Below are positions 49,544 to 60,191 of a stretch of DNA of 64,000 nucleotides, piece after piece (position 1 is the first letter of the stretch; each line of letters begins with the position of its first letter). Both the position numbers and the translations under genes were made by a program. The notes below the pieces were generated by a model. It searched no databases. It worked only from the letters and a program-made list of their open reading frames with translations, and had not been told where the DNA came from. Source of the DNA: an uncultured bacterium (GTDB taxonomy: Bacteria > Verrucomicrobiota > Verrucomicrobiia > Verrucomicrobiales > DEV007). The stretch covers positions 1 to 64,000 of the forward strand of contig CAXBMO010000008.1 of the NCBI GenBank assembly GCA_963977015.1. Reading direction: 5' to 3'.

Positions 49544-52303
49544 ATGAACCCCTTGACCCTTCTTGTCGTGGCATCGCTCTCGGCGGCGTTGCCGAATTGG
49601 ATTTGGAACCGTGCGGAACGTGACGGGACGGGGACGGTGGAGTTTGCCCAGGTCGTTGATCTCAAGGAGAAACCGAAATCGGCCAATCTCACGGCGACCG
49701 CGGATTTCGCGTCGTTGCAGATTCGGATCAATGGCAGGGTCGTCGCCAACGCGGAAGCCTATGATCCTCCGTTGAGCCTGGACGTCGCAGACTTCCTTTC
49801 GCGTGGCGAAAATCGTCTCACGTTTCACGCGGAAGGCGTTGAGGGACCGTCCGCCATCGCGGCGAGATTGACGGTGAATGGGAAGACACTCCTCCTTTCA
49901 GGAAGCGGTTGGGAGTCTGCCATCAGTTTCGGCGAAACGCGCCCCGGGCGCTTTGAATCGAACGTGTTTGCCGAGATCAGTCCGCTGGATGAGTACAACC
50001 AATGGAAGGAAGCCAGTGCCGGCGATTCAGCAGTGGGTGCCAAACTCACCGGGCTTCCTCCCGGGTTTGAAGCGGAGCTGCTGCGACTCGCCGAACCCGA
50101 GGAAGGAAGCTGGGTGAGTCTGGAACTTGACCCGAAAGGAAGGCTTCTCATCGGGAGGGAGAAAGCGGGGATCCTTCGCCTGACATTGCCGGAGTCGGGT
50201 GATTCCGGGATCAGCGTTGAAGTTGTGAACGAGGACCTGAAGGAGTGTCGAGGATTGCTGTGGGCGCACGATTCCCTGTATGCCAACGCGAACAATTCGA
50301 AGGGGCTTTATCGATTACGCGATACCAATGGTGATGACCAGTTTGATGAGATTCAACTTTTGAAATCGACGGAGGGTGGGGTGGGGCATGGTCGCAATGA
50401 CCTCGCGCAGGGCCCGGACGGTAGGCTCTACGCGATTCACGGAGATTCGGTCAAACCACCCGAGGGGGTAAACTGGAGAACTGCAAAGGAAGACGAAGCC
50501 GTGAAACCGCAGGGTTATGTTGTGACGTTTGATCCTGACGGAATCAACTGGGAAATCGTGGCGCGTGGATTGCGGAATCCCTACGGCATCGCCTTCCATC
50601 CGGATGGCGAGATGTTCACCTATGATGCCGACAACGAAGGCGACATTGGGCTGCCGCTCTATCGCCCGGCGCGGGTTAATCACCTCGTTCCCGGAGCAAA
50701 TTACGGCTGGCGACAAGCCGACGATACCTGGAGCTGGCCGGTGTATGCACCGGACGGCTGGCCGACGACGCTCGATTTGGGGCGGGGATCGCCAACCGCG
50801 GTGAAATTCGGGACGCGGAGCAACTTTCCGGCGCAATTTCGCGAGTCGTTGTTTGTTCTCGACTGGGCCTATGGCCGCGTCATTGCGGTTCAGTTGATCC
50901 CGCGGGGGGCCAGTTATCATGCCAGCGCGAAGACCTTTCTCCGCGGCCGTCCGCTCAATGTCACGGACCTCGAGTTTGGGAAAGATGGTTCGATGTTTCT
51001 CATCACCGGAGGCAGGAAAACCCAGGCGGCACTCTATCGCATTCGCTACGTCGGCGAGCCTGCGGAAGAAGCGGAGCCAACCGCGCAATCCAGGGCGCGC
51101 AGCGGGTTCTCGGCGAAACGGAGAGAGCTGCGCCGGGTTTTGGAATCGGGCGAGGCGACTCCGGACCAGCTTCAACCGCACCTGACCTCAGCCGATCCCT
51201 GGATTCGTGGCGCGGCGCGGTTTGCGCTCGAGCGCATTCTCGAATCCGAACCTCGGAGTCTCCCGGCAGCGCGATCCCTATCCGAGCAGGTCGCCCTGCT
51301 GCTGCTTCAAACCCGGTTGGGCCGGGAGATCCCGCGATCCTGGGCCAAGGTCGCGTTGTCCGGGCTCCCTGCTCGCCATGACAAACTGTCGTTGCTGCGT
51401 TCCTACGAAATCGCCGGCGTCACCTGGCCGGAGATCGCGGATCAGCTTCTCCCGCATTATCCGGGCGCTGATGCCGGCCTCAATCGCGAGATCGGCAAGA
51501 CCCTGGTTCGCCTTCAAAACCCGGATGCCATCGCGCCTTCGCTGCAGTGGCTCGGCGAGGCGAATTCCCAGCCCGACCGTCTCCACATTCTGGAGCAACT
51601 GAGCGCCCTGAAATCCGGATGGAAACCGGAGCAGCGCGAGACCTATTTTCGGGCGCTGCTCCATGCCAAGCGGTTCTCGAATGGCGATCGCAATCTCCCG
51701 GGCTTTCTCCTCGAAATCGAGAATCGCGCCCTGGAGAACGTGCCGGAAGCGCAACGCGCAGCGTTCGCTGCGTTGTTGCAGGACCAGCCGGAACCCGCTC
51801 CCGTCGTTGAGCGTGAACCGCGCGAGTTCGTCAAGAACTGGCAACGTCGCGACCTTGTCCCACTCGATCTCGACGGGCGAAATCGGGAACGCGGCGTCAA
51901 GCTGTTTCACGCGGCCCAATGCAGCCGCTGTCATCAGTTTGGGAAGATTGGCACGCCGGTGGGACCGGATCTCACCATGGTGAGCCGCCGGTTTGCGCCG
52001 GTCGATCTCCTCGAGTCGATTCTTGACCCGTCGTCCGTCGTCTCTGAAGCACACCAGAACCTGCTCATCCAGAAAGCAGATGGTTCGACGCTCCTCGGGC
52101 GATTGATCCGCGAGGATATCCGGAAATCGCAGCTGATGATTTCGGTCAATCCGTTTGCGCCGACTCAACTGACCACGGTCGCCAAGTCCGAGATTGTCGC
52201 CTTGGAGCCATCGACCGTTTCACCCATGCCGATGGGGCTCTTGAACGCCTTTCATCGCGACGAAATTCTCGACCTGCTCGCCTACCTCACGGCGGTGCGG
52301 TAA
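49544..52303 (+). CDS. PVC-type membrane-bound dehydrogenase-domain / heme-binding (CxxCH) protein
   Basis: Beta-propeller GLRNPYG, HEAT-like region, CSRCH, GPDLT and SPMPMGL. Confidence 0.88.
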   Translation: MNPLTLLVVASLSAALPNWIWNRAERDGTGTVEFAQVVDLKEKPKSANLTATADFASLQIRINGRVVANAEAYDPPLSLDVADFLSRGENRLTFHAEGVEGPSAIAARLTVNGKTLLLSGSGWESAISFGETRPGRFESNVFAEISPLDEYNQWKEASAGDSAVGAKLTGLPPGFEAELLRLAEPEEGSWVSLELDPKGRLLIGREKAGILRLTLPESGDSGISVEVVNEDLKECRGLLWAHDSLYANANNSKGLYRLRDTNGDDQFDEIQLLKSTEGGVGHGRNDLAQGPDGRLYAIHGDSVKPPEGVNWRTAKEDEAVKPQGYVVTFDPDGINWEIVARGLRNPYGIAFHPDGEMFTYDADNEGDIGLPLYRPARVNHLVPGANYGWRQADDTWSWPVYAPDGWPTTLDLGRGSPTAVKFGTRSNFPAQFRESLFVLDWAYGRVIAVQLIPRGASYHASAKTFLRGRPLNVTDLEFGKDGSMFLITGGRKTQAALYRIRYVGEPAEEAEPTAQSRARSGFSAKRRELRRVLESGEATPDQLQPHLTSADPWIRGAARFALERILESEPRSLPAARSLSEQVALLLLQTRLGREIPRSWAKVALSGLPARHDKLSLLRSYEIAGVTWPEIADQLLPHYPGADAGLNREIGKTLVRLQNPDAIAPSLQWLGEANSQPDRLHILEQLSALKSGWKPEQRETYFRALLHAKRFSNGDRNLPGFLLEIENRALENVPEAQRAAFAALLQDQPEPAPVVEREPREFVKNWQRRDLVPLDLDGRNRERGVKLFHAAQCSRCHQFGKIGTPVGPDLTMVSRRFAPVDLLESILDPSSVVSEAHQNLLIQKADGSTLLGRLIREDIRKSQLMISVNPFAPTQLTTVAKSEIVALEPSTVSPMPMGLLNAFHRDEILDLLAYLTAVR

Positions 52304-52320
52304 CCGGGGAACTCGGAATC

Positions 52321-54129
52321 CTACGACTTGCGACCGGAATCCCGCGAAACGGTCGGGAGACTGGAGAGAGCCGGACGCTCGCGCTCCTTGCGAAGGGAAA
52401 ACTCGGCGTTCACCAATCGCCAGACGGCGACCGCCAGCACCGGCAGGGTCAGGTGAATCAGGAAATCCGGCCACCATTCCAGAAACGAACCGATGCCCCA
52501 TTTCAACACCGCCGCCGTCAGGCCGAGCACGCTGAGTAGACTCAGCAGAAGGGCCGAGAAGCCAACCGTGAACCGGCTCCAGATGCCGGCGCATCCCACC
52601 AGGGTCGCGATTCCCAGCGAACGAAGCAGCAGGGGATAGGTGTCCTTGTCGAAATCGGGATACAACGCCATTGCGTAACTCTTCGCGGCATTGAACTGGG
52701 GTTTGCCGAAGGGAAGCTCGCCCAGCACGGGGAGCGAAAACTTCGAATCTAGGCCGAGCATCATCGCGCCGTAAATCGCAAAGCCAAAAACGAGCGCCAG
52801 GCGAAGAAAGGTCCAGCCCGCAGTCTTCCAATGGGTCATCGTCGCCATCAAAAAGCCAATCGGCACCAGGACGGGGAGCAAAAGTGGCCCAAGGGCCGAA
52901 ATCCCGGAACTCGCCTTCCAATCCACCACGGTGAGCCATCCGAGCGGGACGAGACTCAGCAAAATCAGCGACATGGTCAGCCAACGCGGCCGGCCAATCA
53001 TGGCCGCGACGCCTGCGACGGCCAAGGTCGAACCCATCGTCAGCTTCAGCCAACCGACATCCGCAGAAAGAAACAACGGCCCGGCCAACGCGGCAAACAA
53101 CGCCGCAACCGTCGATCGCAGCAAAAACGTGCCGCCCTTCGAAGGCGGCGCTTGCCGATTCGACGACGTTTCCGGCTTCGACTCCCGCTCCTGCCCGCTC
53201 AGCACAATCTCCGTCGGCGCCATCATCGGATTGCGCAAAATGTGCTCCATATCCTCCTGAAAATCCTCCGCCGACTGGTAGCGATCCTCCGGATCAGGCT
53301 GCAGCGCCTGGAGGACGATGTCGTTGTAGCGCGGATCAATGTCCGGCGCCCCGTCCGCGGGACCTCGAAACGCGCCGCGAGGAAGTTTCCCCGTCAGCAA
53401 CTGGTAAAACATCGCCCCCACCGCAAACAAATCCGCGCGCCCATCCACCGCACAACCCAAATCGAGCGCCTCCGGCGCCACGTAATCCGGCGTCCCAATC
53501 ATGAGGTGCGGCTTCGTGTCGATGTTTCCGCCCGCCCCCAACGCCTTCGCCACCCCAAAATCCGCCACCTTCACCCGTCCCCGCCGATCCAGCAGAATAT
53601 TCGCCGGCTTGATGTCGCGGTGGATAATGCCCCGCTCATGCGCCGAACTCAGGGCATCCAGCACCTGGGAAATGATCGAATGCGCCTCATCGGGCCGCAA
53701 CTTTCCCCCCTTCTCCTTCAAATACTGCCGCACGTCGGACCCCTCGATGAACTCCATCACAAAATACAGCAGCCGTCCCCCCGTCGCCGCCACCTCGCCC
53801 GAATCGTGCACATGCACAATCGACGGATGATCCAGCTTCGCCATCGCCTTCGCCTCCTGCTTGAAGCGATCCACAAACTGCAGATCGTGCGCCTCCTCCG
53901 CCAGCCCGATCGGCAGAATCTTCACCGCCACATCGCGATCCAGCGCCGTTTGCACCGCTTTAAACACCGCACCCATGCCACCGCGCCCCACAAAATCGGT
54001 GACCTCATACTGGGTCAGGATTTCGTCGAGTTGCTCGATCGTCGGGACTCTCGGGCCCGAAAGCGGTTCGGTTGGCAGCTCCAGCGGATTCACAAAAGTA
54101 GTGGGGTTTGCTAGTGCCGATCCTGACAA
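52321..54129 (-). CDS. serine/threonine protein kinase with C-terminal multi-TM region
   Basis: GRGGMGAV, VAVKIL, HRDIKPAN, DFG and GTPDYVAPE; start uncertain. Confidence 0.92.
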   Translation of the reverse strand: MSGSALANPTTFVNPLELPTEPLSGPRVPTIEQLDEILTQYEVTDFVGRGGMGAVFKAVQTALDRDVAVKILPIGLAEEAHDLQFVDRFKQEAKAMAKLDHPSIVHVHDSGEVAATGGRLLYFVMEFIEGSDVRQYLKEKGGKLRPDEAHSIISQVLDALSSAHERGIIHRDIKPANILLDRRGRVKVADFGVAKALGAGGNIDTKPHLMIGTPDYVAPEALDLGCAVDGRADLFAVGAMFYQLLTGKLPRGAFRGPADGAPDIDPRYNDIVLQALQPDPEDRYQSAEDFQEDMEHILRNPMMAPTEIVLSGQERESKPETSSNRQAPPSKGGTFLLRSTVAALFAALAGPLFLSADVGWLKLTMGSTLAVAGVAAMIGRPRWLTMSLILLSLVPLGWLTVVDWKASSGISALGPLLLPVLVPIGFLMATMTHWKTAGWTFLRLALVFGFAIYGAMMLGLDSKFSLPVLGELPFGKPQFNAAKSYAMALYPDFDKDTYPLLLRSLGIATLVGCAGIWSRFTVGFSALLLSLLSVLGLTAAVLKWGIGSFLEWWPDFLIHLTLPVLAVAVWRLVNAEFSLRKERERPALSSLPTVSRDSGRKS

Positions 54130-54358
54130 CTTTCACCTTCTTTTTGGCGAATTAGATCAGCGCAAAGCAGCAATTCCGGCCACCTTAACAAACCCGGAGC
54201 ATGGACCGCAAGACCGCCCTTGGCGTTCACCGAAAAAACGGCACCGGCCCCCTGCAACGGGGAAAAACCGGCAAAATTTTTGGCCGCGCCCCAAAGAAGT
54301 CCCTTTCATCGGCCAAGAGATGGGCTATGCATTCCATCCTGGCCAAAATCAGCACCAA

Positions 54359-54442
54359 GCCGACGTGGCGGAATTGGTAGACGCAACGGACTTAAAATCC
54401 GTTGATCTTCGGATCGTGCGGGTTCGAGTCCCGCCGTCGGTA
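54359..54442 (+). tRNA. tRNA-Leu (anticodon TAA); CCA not encoded
   Basis: Acceptor stem gccgacg/cgtcggt, D-loop ggaattggtagac, anticodon arm acgga-ctTAAaa-tccgt, long variable arm, T-loop gttcgagtc. Confidence 0.95.
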
Positions 54443-54863
54443 GCTGGTAATTAGGAGGTTACGAAGCGGTGGGGGGTGCGGTGAGAGATGGGACTCTGAA
54501 ATTCCCTGGTTTATCCCAAAAATCTTTGTCGGGTTTGTTTTTGCCTTTCCACTTCGCAAACCGATTTACACCTTTTTTGCTATTCTACTTCTGGAGCGGG
54601 AACAGAGTGAGGAACCGGCAATTTTTTAAGGGTGTCTATCGAAAGGGAGCGTCAGGGTAGGTTGCGGAAGTAATGGTCTATTCTTTCGCGAAGACTTCCG
54701 ACAATCTTAGATTCACTAATTAGATTGGATTTGGTCCATCCATCCAGTTGATCCTTGGAGGAGGTGGACCGTGGACAGCGGGCATTAGTTTGCGTGAAAA
54801 AGCGACCCAATTTCGTCGGGATGAATCTTTACAAACCGGGACGGCTTTTTAAACTCGCCGGCC

Positions 54864-56306
54864 ATGGCGAAGGTGTTTCTCAGCTACCGGCGGGCTGATC
54901 CGCTCCCCAACTGGCAGGTCAAACGCATCGGAAAGATGTGCGAAGAATGCGGTTTCGAGGAAGTTTTTGTGGATCGCGACACCTGGACGATTCCTCCAGG
55001 ATCGAATTACCGGGATGAGATCGACAAGGCGGTCCGGGCCTCGGATGTGGTGCTGGTACTGATCGGCGACCGGTGGCAAGCGCTTCTTGACCAGAAGGGC
55101 GACGATCCCAATGACATGGTTCAGCTTGAGATCCGCCTGGGATTGGAATTGAAGAAAACGGTGGTACCGCTCCTGCTGGGCGGGACCATGCCGGGACTGG
55201 ACGATTTGCCGGAACGTCTCCAGCAATTTCACTACTGCAATGGCCAGAGCTTCGAGCCGGACACGATGGACAGCCTGCTGCCGCTGCTCCTCAAGGGGCT
55301 GGTGGGCAAGAGCGAGGCGGAACCGACTTCGGTTGTCACTCCACCTTTGCCGCAGCCGGAACCCGTTGCCGCGAACCCACTTCAGAATTACGCGGCCAAG
55401 GCGCAGCAACGGGCCGAGGAGGAAGTCCTGCGCCAGCAGCGCCTTGCCGAACGGCAGCAATCCTGGGGTGAACAGTTCGAGCAATTCCAGGAATTGCGCC
55501 AGAACCCGCATCTTAGTTTCGAGGAGATCCGCGAAGCTCTGCAGAGCCTGTGCCGGCACTGGGAGGTGGCGTTTCCCCAGGATTGGGACGGGGAAACCGA
55601 TTTGTTGACCGAGTGGGAAGGCGACTGCCCCGTGGTTAGGGCCGCGATGAAGTTACCCTTCGAGCAGATTTTCGATCTCGGCAACGGCGTCCAGATGCCG
55701 TTCTGCTACATTCCCGCCGGGAGCTTCGAACGTGAAGGCTTCACCGTCACTTTGACCAAGGATTTCTGGATGGCGAAGTATCCTGTGAACCAAGGCGAAT
55801 GGACCGCAATCATGGGGAGCAATCCGAGCCACTTCAAGGATGGAGGAGACCGCGCCCCGGTGGAGCAAGTGAGTTGGAACGAAGCTCAGGAATTCTGCGC
55901 CAAGTTTGAGGGCTTGCGCCTCCCGACAGAAGCCGAATGGGAATACGCCTGCCGCGCCGGAACCACCGGCGACTACAATGTCGAGGGTGCCTCTCTGGAC
56001 GAACTGGGCTGGTATTTTGAGAACAGCGGGAAAACCACCCACCCGGTGGGCGAGAAGAAGCCGAACGCCTGGGGCCTCTATGACATGCACGGCAACGTCT
56101 GGGAGTGGTGCGAGGATTGGTATGGCGAGTGCCCTAAGCAGGATGTATCGGTTCCTACGGGTCCTAAGGAACAGGCCAAGTTCCGAGGGTTCCGGGGTGG
56201 CTGCTGGGCCTTCGACGCGTCCAACTGCCGGTCGGCTTCCCGCGACTGGAACGTCCCGGGCATCTGGGGCAGCCACCTGGGTTTTCGCCCATTCCGGTCT
56301 CGCTAA
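54864..56306 (+). CDS. TIR domain + coiled linker + FGE-sulfatase (SUMF1/C-type lectin fold) protein; probable DGR target
   Basis: KVFLSYRR...VFVD...LEIRLGL (TIR_2); RLPTEAEWEYACRAG, PNAWGLYDMHGNVWEWC and RGGCW...LGFR (FGE). Confidence 0.88.
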   Translation: MAKVFLSYRRADPLPNWQVKRIGKMCEECGFEEVFVDRDTWTIPPGSNYRDEIDKAVRASDVVLVLIGDRWQALLDQKGDDPNDMVQLEIRLGLELKKTVVPLLLGGTMPGLDDLPERLQQFHYCNGQSFEPDTMDSLLPLLLKGLVGKSEAEPTSVVTPPLPQPEPVAANPLQNYAAKAQQRAEEEVLRQQRLAERQQSWGEQFEQFQELRQNPHLSFEEIREALQSLCRHWEVAFPQDWDGETDLLTEWEGDCPVVRAAMKLPFEQIFDLGNGVQMPFCYIPAGSFEREGFTVTLTKDFWMAKYPVNQGEWTAIMGSNPSHFKDGGDRAPVEQVSWNEAQEFCAKFEGLRLPTEAEWEYACRAGTTGDYNVEGASLDELGWYFENSGKTTHPVGEKKPNAWGLYDMHGNVWEWCEDWYGECPKQDVSVPTGPKEQAKFRGFRGGCWAFDASNCRSASRDWNVPGIWGSHLGFRPFRSR

Positions 56307-56377
56307 CATTCGCTACAGGAAAGGAACAGGCGTAGCCCTTGGGCGCCAGCGCGTCTGGAACGAGCGAGGGACGAGCG

Positions 56378-56394
56378 GCCCGGGGGACCCGGGC
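56378..56394 (+). other. perfect GC hairpin with GGA triloop downstream of the putative variable region
   Basis: GCCCGGG-GGA-CCCGGGC, about 70 nt after the stop codon. Confidence 0.6.
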
Positions 56395-56681
56395 GGTTAG
56401 GACAACGGTGTTGAGGGCGGAGCGGCGCGTACTTTGCGCTTGAATTCCTGCGACGCGGTACAGCGTTAGGGCATCGTGGCCTTCCAAATCCCGGTGGCGG
56501 ACGGCGAGTCCGCGCAAGCCGAGTTAAACGTGTCTTTGGCGGGGAAAAAGGTGTTCCGGCTTGAGCAGCATTTTGTGGCCGATGGCCCGGGCCTGTGATC
56601 GAGAGGGCCAGAATCGGTGACCGCATCGCCAGTGCCGGGACGGAACGCGGGTTCGATTTCAGGGCCGCACTGCGAAAGCAC

Positions 56682-56751
56682 GTAGCTCCGGCGTCTCGCC
56701 GGTGATTCCCGAAGCCAGCGAAACGAAACACCGGCGGGACGCCGGTGCTAC
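56682..56751. repeat. GTAG-type REP doublet (inverted pair)
   Basis: GTAGctccggcgtctcgccggtg ... caccggcgggacgccggtgCTAC. Confidence 0.8.
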
Positions 56752-56779
56752 CCTTGCTCTGGGACTCCGTGGGCGCTGC

Positions 56780-57535
56780 TCAATCCAGCGGCAGCAACTC
56801 CACCTTGCGGAATTCGCAGGGATGGCTCTCGCTCTGCAGGGAAATCGTTCCCCCTTCGAGGATGGTTCCATCGTCCAAGTGGGGCCCCTGGTATTCCAGG
56901 ACGACCTCTCCCTCGATGATGTGCTTGAAACTCATCGAGCCATCGACCACGACTTCCGCAGTCACCCACTGGTCGCCATGGTAGGTCTTTGAGTTGGACG
57001 TGATGCAGTGTTTTTTCAGCGGCTTTCCGTCCATGATCACGTCGGTCCCGGGCGTGCACAGGTTCAGGGTCGTGCGTTCCCCTTCGCCCTTGCCACCGAG
57101 CAACTGGACTTCGATGGAGTCGGGGAAATCCTGGTCGACCTTCATCGATTTGGGATCCTGCCCGTGCAGCATCAGTCCGCTGTTCCGAAATGCCCAACCC
57201 GGGCCACCCTTCAATTGTTCGCCAAGGAACCGGTATTCCACGCGAAGGCGATACCGGGAGTAGGGAGTCTGGAAGAAGAGATGCCCGAAGGTCTCGTTGA
57301 ACTCTTCGTAGTTCTCGTAGTTTACCTGGATGACCCCATCGACAACCCGGAACGTGTTGCGCTTGTCTTCCCCAAACGCCTCGTAGCGAATCTTGGGCGT
57401 CCAGCCGGTCAGGTCTTTCCCGTTGAAGAGCTGAATCCAGTTTTCAGGTTCGTTTTGCGTTTCCTTTCCTTCTTGGGCCAGGGCGGGGGATAACGCGCAG
57501 AAAATGCAAAGGATCAGGGGTAGGGGATTTTTCAT
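56780..57535 (-). CDS. DUF1080 family protein
   Basis: Signal peptide, LFNGKDLTGW, NSGLMLH and ISLQSESHPCEFRKVEL. Confidence 0.9.
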   Translation of the reverse strand: MKNPLPLILCIFCALSPALAQEGKETQNEPENWIQLFNGKDLTGWTPKIRYEAFGEDKRNTFRVVDGVIQVNYENYEEFNETFGHLFFQTPYSRYRLRVEYRFLGEQLKGGPGWAFRNSGLMLHGQDPKSMKVDQDFPDSIEVQLLGGKGEGERTTLNLCTPGTDVIMDGKPLKKHCITSNSKTYHGDQWVTAEVVVDGSMSFKHIIEGEVVLEYQGPHLDDGTILEGGTISLQSESHPCEFRKVELLPLD

Positions 57536-57715
57536 GTTGGTTCAACTCTAGAGACATTCTGGCGATTTTCCACCCAACAGAAGCGCCAAAGATGCTTCCG
57601 TTTGACGTCAATGGCGGGCACTGGACGCCGCTGACCGGTCACAAGTCGGCAACCATTCTGACTGGCCTCGCCATTCGGCTGGTGTCCGCGATGAGAAGTA
57701 TGCTAGGATTTGGCG

Positions 57716-58678
57716 ATGCTCTTTCAGCGGGACCATGTGCGCCAAACGATGAACCGGCTTGCGGACAAGCATGGGATTTACCTTGGAACCTCGTCCTGGA
57801 AATATCCCGATTGGTGCGGCCTGCTCTACGATGAGGAGAATTATCTTCACAATCGCCGTTTTTCCAAGGCACGGTTTGAGCGGGAGTGTCTCCGCGAGTA
57901 TGCCCAGACGTTTCGCAGCGTTTGCGTGGATGCGACCTACTATCGCTATCCCAAGGAGTCCTACCTGCACGGGCTCGCCGAACAAGTTCCCGCGGGCTTC
58001 AAGCTGTCGTTCAAAGTGCCGGACGATATCACCATCAAGACGTATCCGGAACTGAAGGCGTTTGGCGGTCGGGCGGGAAAGCCCAACCACGATTTTCTGG
58101 ATGTGGCCATGGCCCGGTATGGGTTCCTGCGCATGTTGGAGCCGATCCGCGATCAGGTGGGACTGATCGCCTTTGAGTTCTCCCACTTCGGTCACGATGA
58201 CTTCGAGCGGGGACGCGATTTCGTCGATGCCCTCGATCGATTCTTCCAGGAGATGCCCGACGGATGGCAATTCGGAGTTGAAGTGCGCAATCGGAACCTG
58301 CTGCATCCCGCCTACTTCGAAATGCTCAGCCGTCATGGGGTTGCCCACATCTACAATCAGTGGACGCACATGCCATCCGTTCGAGAGCAACTCGAGATCT
58401 CTCCGCTTCAGGATCAACCGTTCGTTGCCGCGCGTTTCCTGATTTCAGAGGGGCGACCCCATGCGTGGGCACGAGAGAAGATGGCGCCGTTCAACCGGAT
58501 TTACGAAGTCGATCCGGACTCGCGGGCGACTCTTCAACAGATGCTGGACTGGCTGGGCGCAAACCGGCAGCCGGGGAATCCGTCATCGGACTTTCTTTAC
58601 ATCGGGAACGAATTGGAAGGCTGTGGGCTCCACACTCTGGCGGATGTGGTGGAAACCTGCGACTGGCTCAAGGTCTGA
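57716..58678 (+). CDS. DUF72 (YecE) family protein
   Basis: YLGTSSWKYPDW, VDATYY, FKVPDDIT and VEVRN. Confidence 0.88.
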   Translation: MLFQRDHVRQTMNRLADKHGIYLGTSSWKYPDWCGLLYDEENYLHNRRFSKARFERECLREYAQTFRSVCVDATYYRYPKESYLHGLAEQVPAGFKLSFKVPDDITIKTYPELKAFGGRAGKPNHDFLDVAMARYGFLRMLEPIRDQVGLIAFEFSHFGHDDFERGRDFVDALDRFFQEMPDGWQFGVEVRNRNLLHPAYFEMLSRHGVAHIYNQWTHMPSVREQLEISPLQDQPFVAARFLISEGRPHAWAREKMAPFNRIYEVDPDSRATLQQMLDWLGANRQPGNPSSDFLYIGNELEGCGLHTLADVVETCDWLKV

Positions 58679-58867
58679 AAGCTTGGAGGCGCTTCACGGG
58701 CGTTGATGCCCCCGGTTCGGAATTGTGGCCAATTCCGCTACGGAACATGGGGGGAACCGGTTCCTGAGGGAAGGCTTCAACAAGCCGTCGGAAGTCCCCC
58801 GATTGGATGGCGCGCAGATTTGCTTGCAGTCCCGTTCCCATCTGACGATGATGGGGGGCGGATAACC

Positions 58868-60076
58868 ATGCGGATTTCGATCGTCACCGATACTTTCTCT
58901 CCCAATCTCAACGGGGTCGCCATGACCCTGGAGCGATTCAGCAGGGGGCTTTTGGAGCGAGGGCATGGGGTGCATCTCATCTCTCCGGTTAAGGCGGCCG
59001 GCGATTCCTTGACCGGGTTTTCGGGCTTTTATCGTTACCGGACCGACCGAGTTCCTCTCCCCGGTTATTCCGGACTGAGACTTGGAGTGCCGACGTCGAG
59101 GAAGCTGAGGAAGATTTGGAAGGACAATCGTCCGGACATCATTTATGTCGCGACGGAAACGGCCATGGGCGTTACGGCTCTCCGGGTTGCCCGGAAGCGC
59201 GAAATACCGGTCGCTTCCGGTTTCCACACGAATTTTCACTCGTATTCCAAGGACTACAGTCTTCCCTTCCTGGAGGATATGGCGACGGATTATCTGCGCC
59301 GGGTGCATAACGAGACGGACGCGACCTTTGTGCCGGTCGAGGATGTGGCGGAGGAGCTTCGGAAGGAAGGATTTAAGAATGTCCAGGTCTTGGGGCGAGG
59401 GGTCGATACGGCGCTCTTCAATCCGGAGAAGAGACGATCTAAGGCGTTGCGGGAATCCTGGGGAGTCTCACCGGACGATCCCGTGGTCCTTTACGTGGGG
59501 CGAATCGCAGCGGAAAAGAACCTGGATCTCTTTTTCAAGGCCTGCGATGCCATGCGGGAGAAAGTGCCGGCGTTGAAAGTCGTTGTCGTTGGGGATGGCC
59601 CGCTGCTCGGAAATTTGAAGGACGCCCACCCGGAGGTGATTTTTGAAGGGGTGAAACGGGATGAGGAACTCGCGGCCTGCTATGCCTCGGCAGATCTATT
59701 CCCGTTTCCAAGCACCTCGGAGACGTACGGCAATGTCGTGGTTGAGGCTCTTGCGAGTGGCCTTCAGGTGGTGGCGTTCGATTATGCGGCGCCGGCCAAA
59801 TTCATCGAGGATGGCAAGAATGGCCACCTCTGCCCGATGGGCGACAAGGAAGCATTTATCGCGGCTTGTCTCCGGGCGATCGAGAATCCCGCTGCCCCCG
59901 AGCTGCGGGCTGCGGCGGTCGATTCTGCCTCGGGGCAGTCTTGGGATCGGGTGGTCAGCAATTTCGAAGCCGCTTTGGAGAAGATCGTGGCCGAGTATCA
60001 GCCGCGCGGCCCGATCTCTTTTGACATCGATTTGAAGGCGCCCTGGGGGAAGGATGCCAAAGCAGGGAAAAAGTAG
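58868..60076 (+). CDS. GT4 family glycosyltransferase
   Basis: MRISIVTDTF..NGVA, RGVD, YVGRIAAEKN and ETYGNVVVEALASG. Confidence 0.93.
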   Translation: MRISIVTDTFSPNLNGVAMTLERFSRGLLERGHGVHLISPVKAAGDSLTGFSGFYRYRTDRVPLPGYSGLRLGVPTSRKLRKIWKDNRPDIIYVATETAMGVTALRVARKREIPVASGFHTNFHSYSKDYSLPFLEDMATDYLRRVHNETDATFVPVEDVAEELRKEGFKNVQVLGRGVDTALFNPEKRRSKALRESWGVSPDDPVVLYVGRIAAEKNLDLFFKACDAMREKVPALKVVVVGDGPLLGNLKDAHPEVIFEGVKRDEELAACYASADLFPFPSTSETYGNVVVEALASGLQVVAFDYAAPAKFIEDGKNGHLCPMGDKEAFIAACLRAIENPAAPELRAAAVDSASGQSWDRVVSNFEAALEKIVAEYQPRGPISFDIDLKAPWGKDAKAGKK

Positions 60077-60191
60077 CTCAGGCTTTGGAGGTGGGTCCAA
60101 GTGCGTTTCCCTTTTCGCGAAGACGAGCACGTTGAAGTTCTCCCGCGTTTGATTTGAAGGAGATAGGGGTTTCAGCGATCGGGTTGGAGCC

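Noticed and set aside
54443-56780. A complete DGR cassette or integrative element at tRNA-Leu
   Set aside because: No reverse transcriptase, AAC-rich template repeat, avd gene or integrase found in the window.
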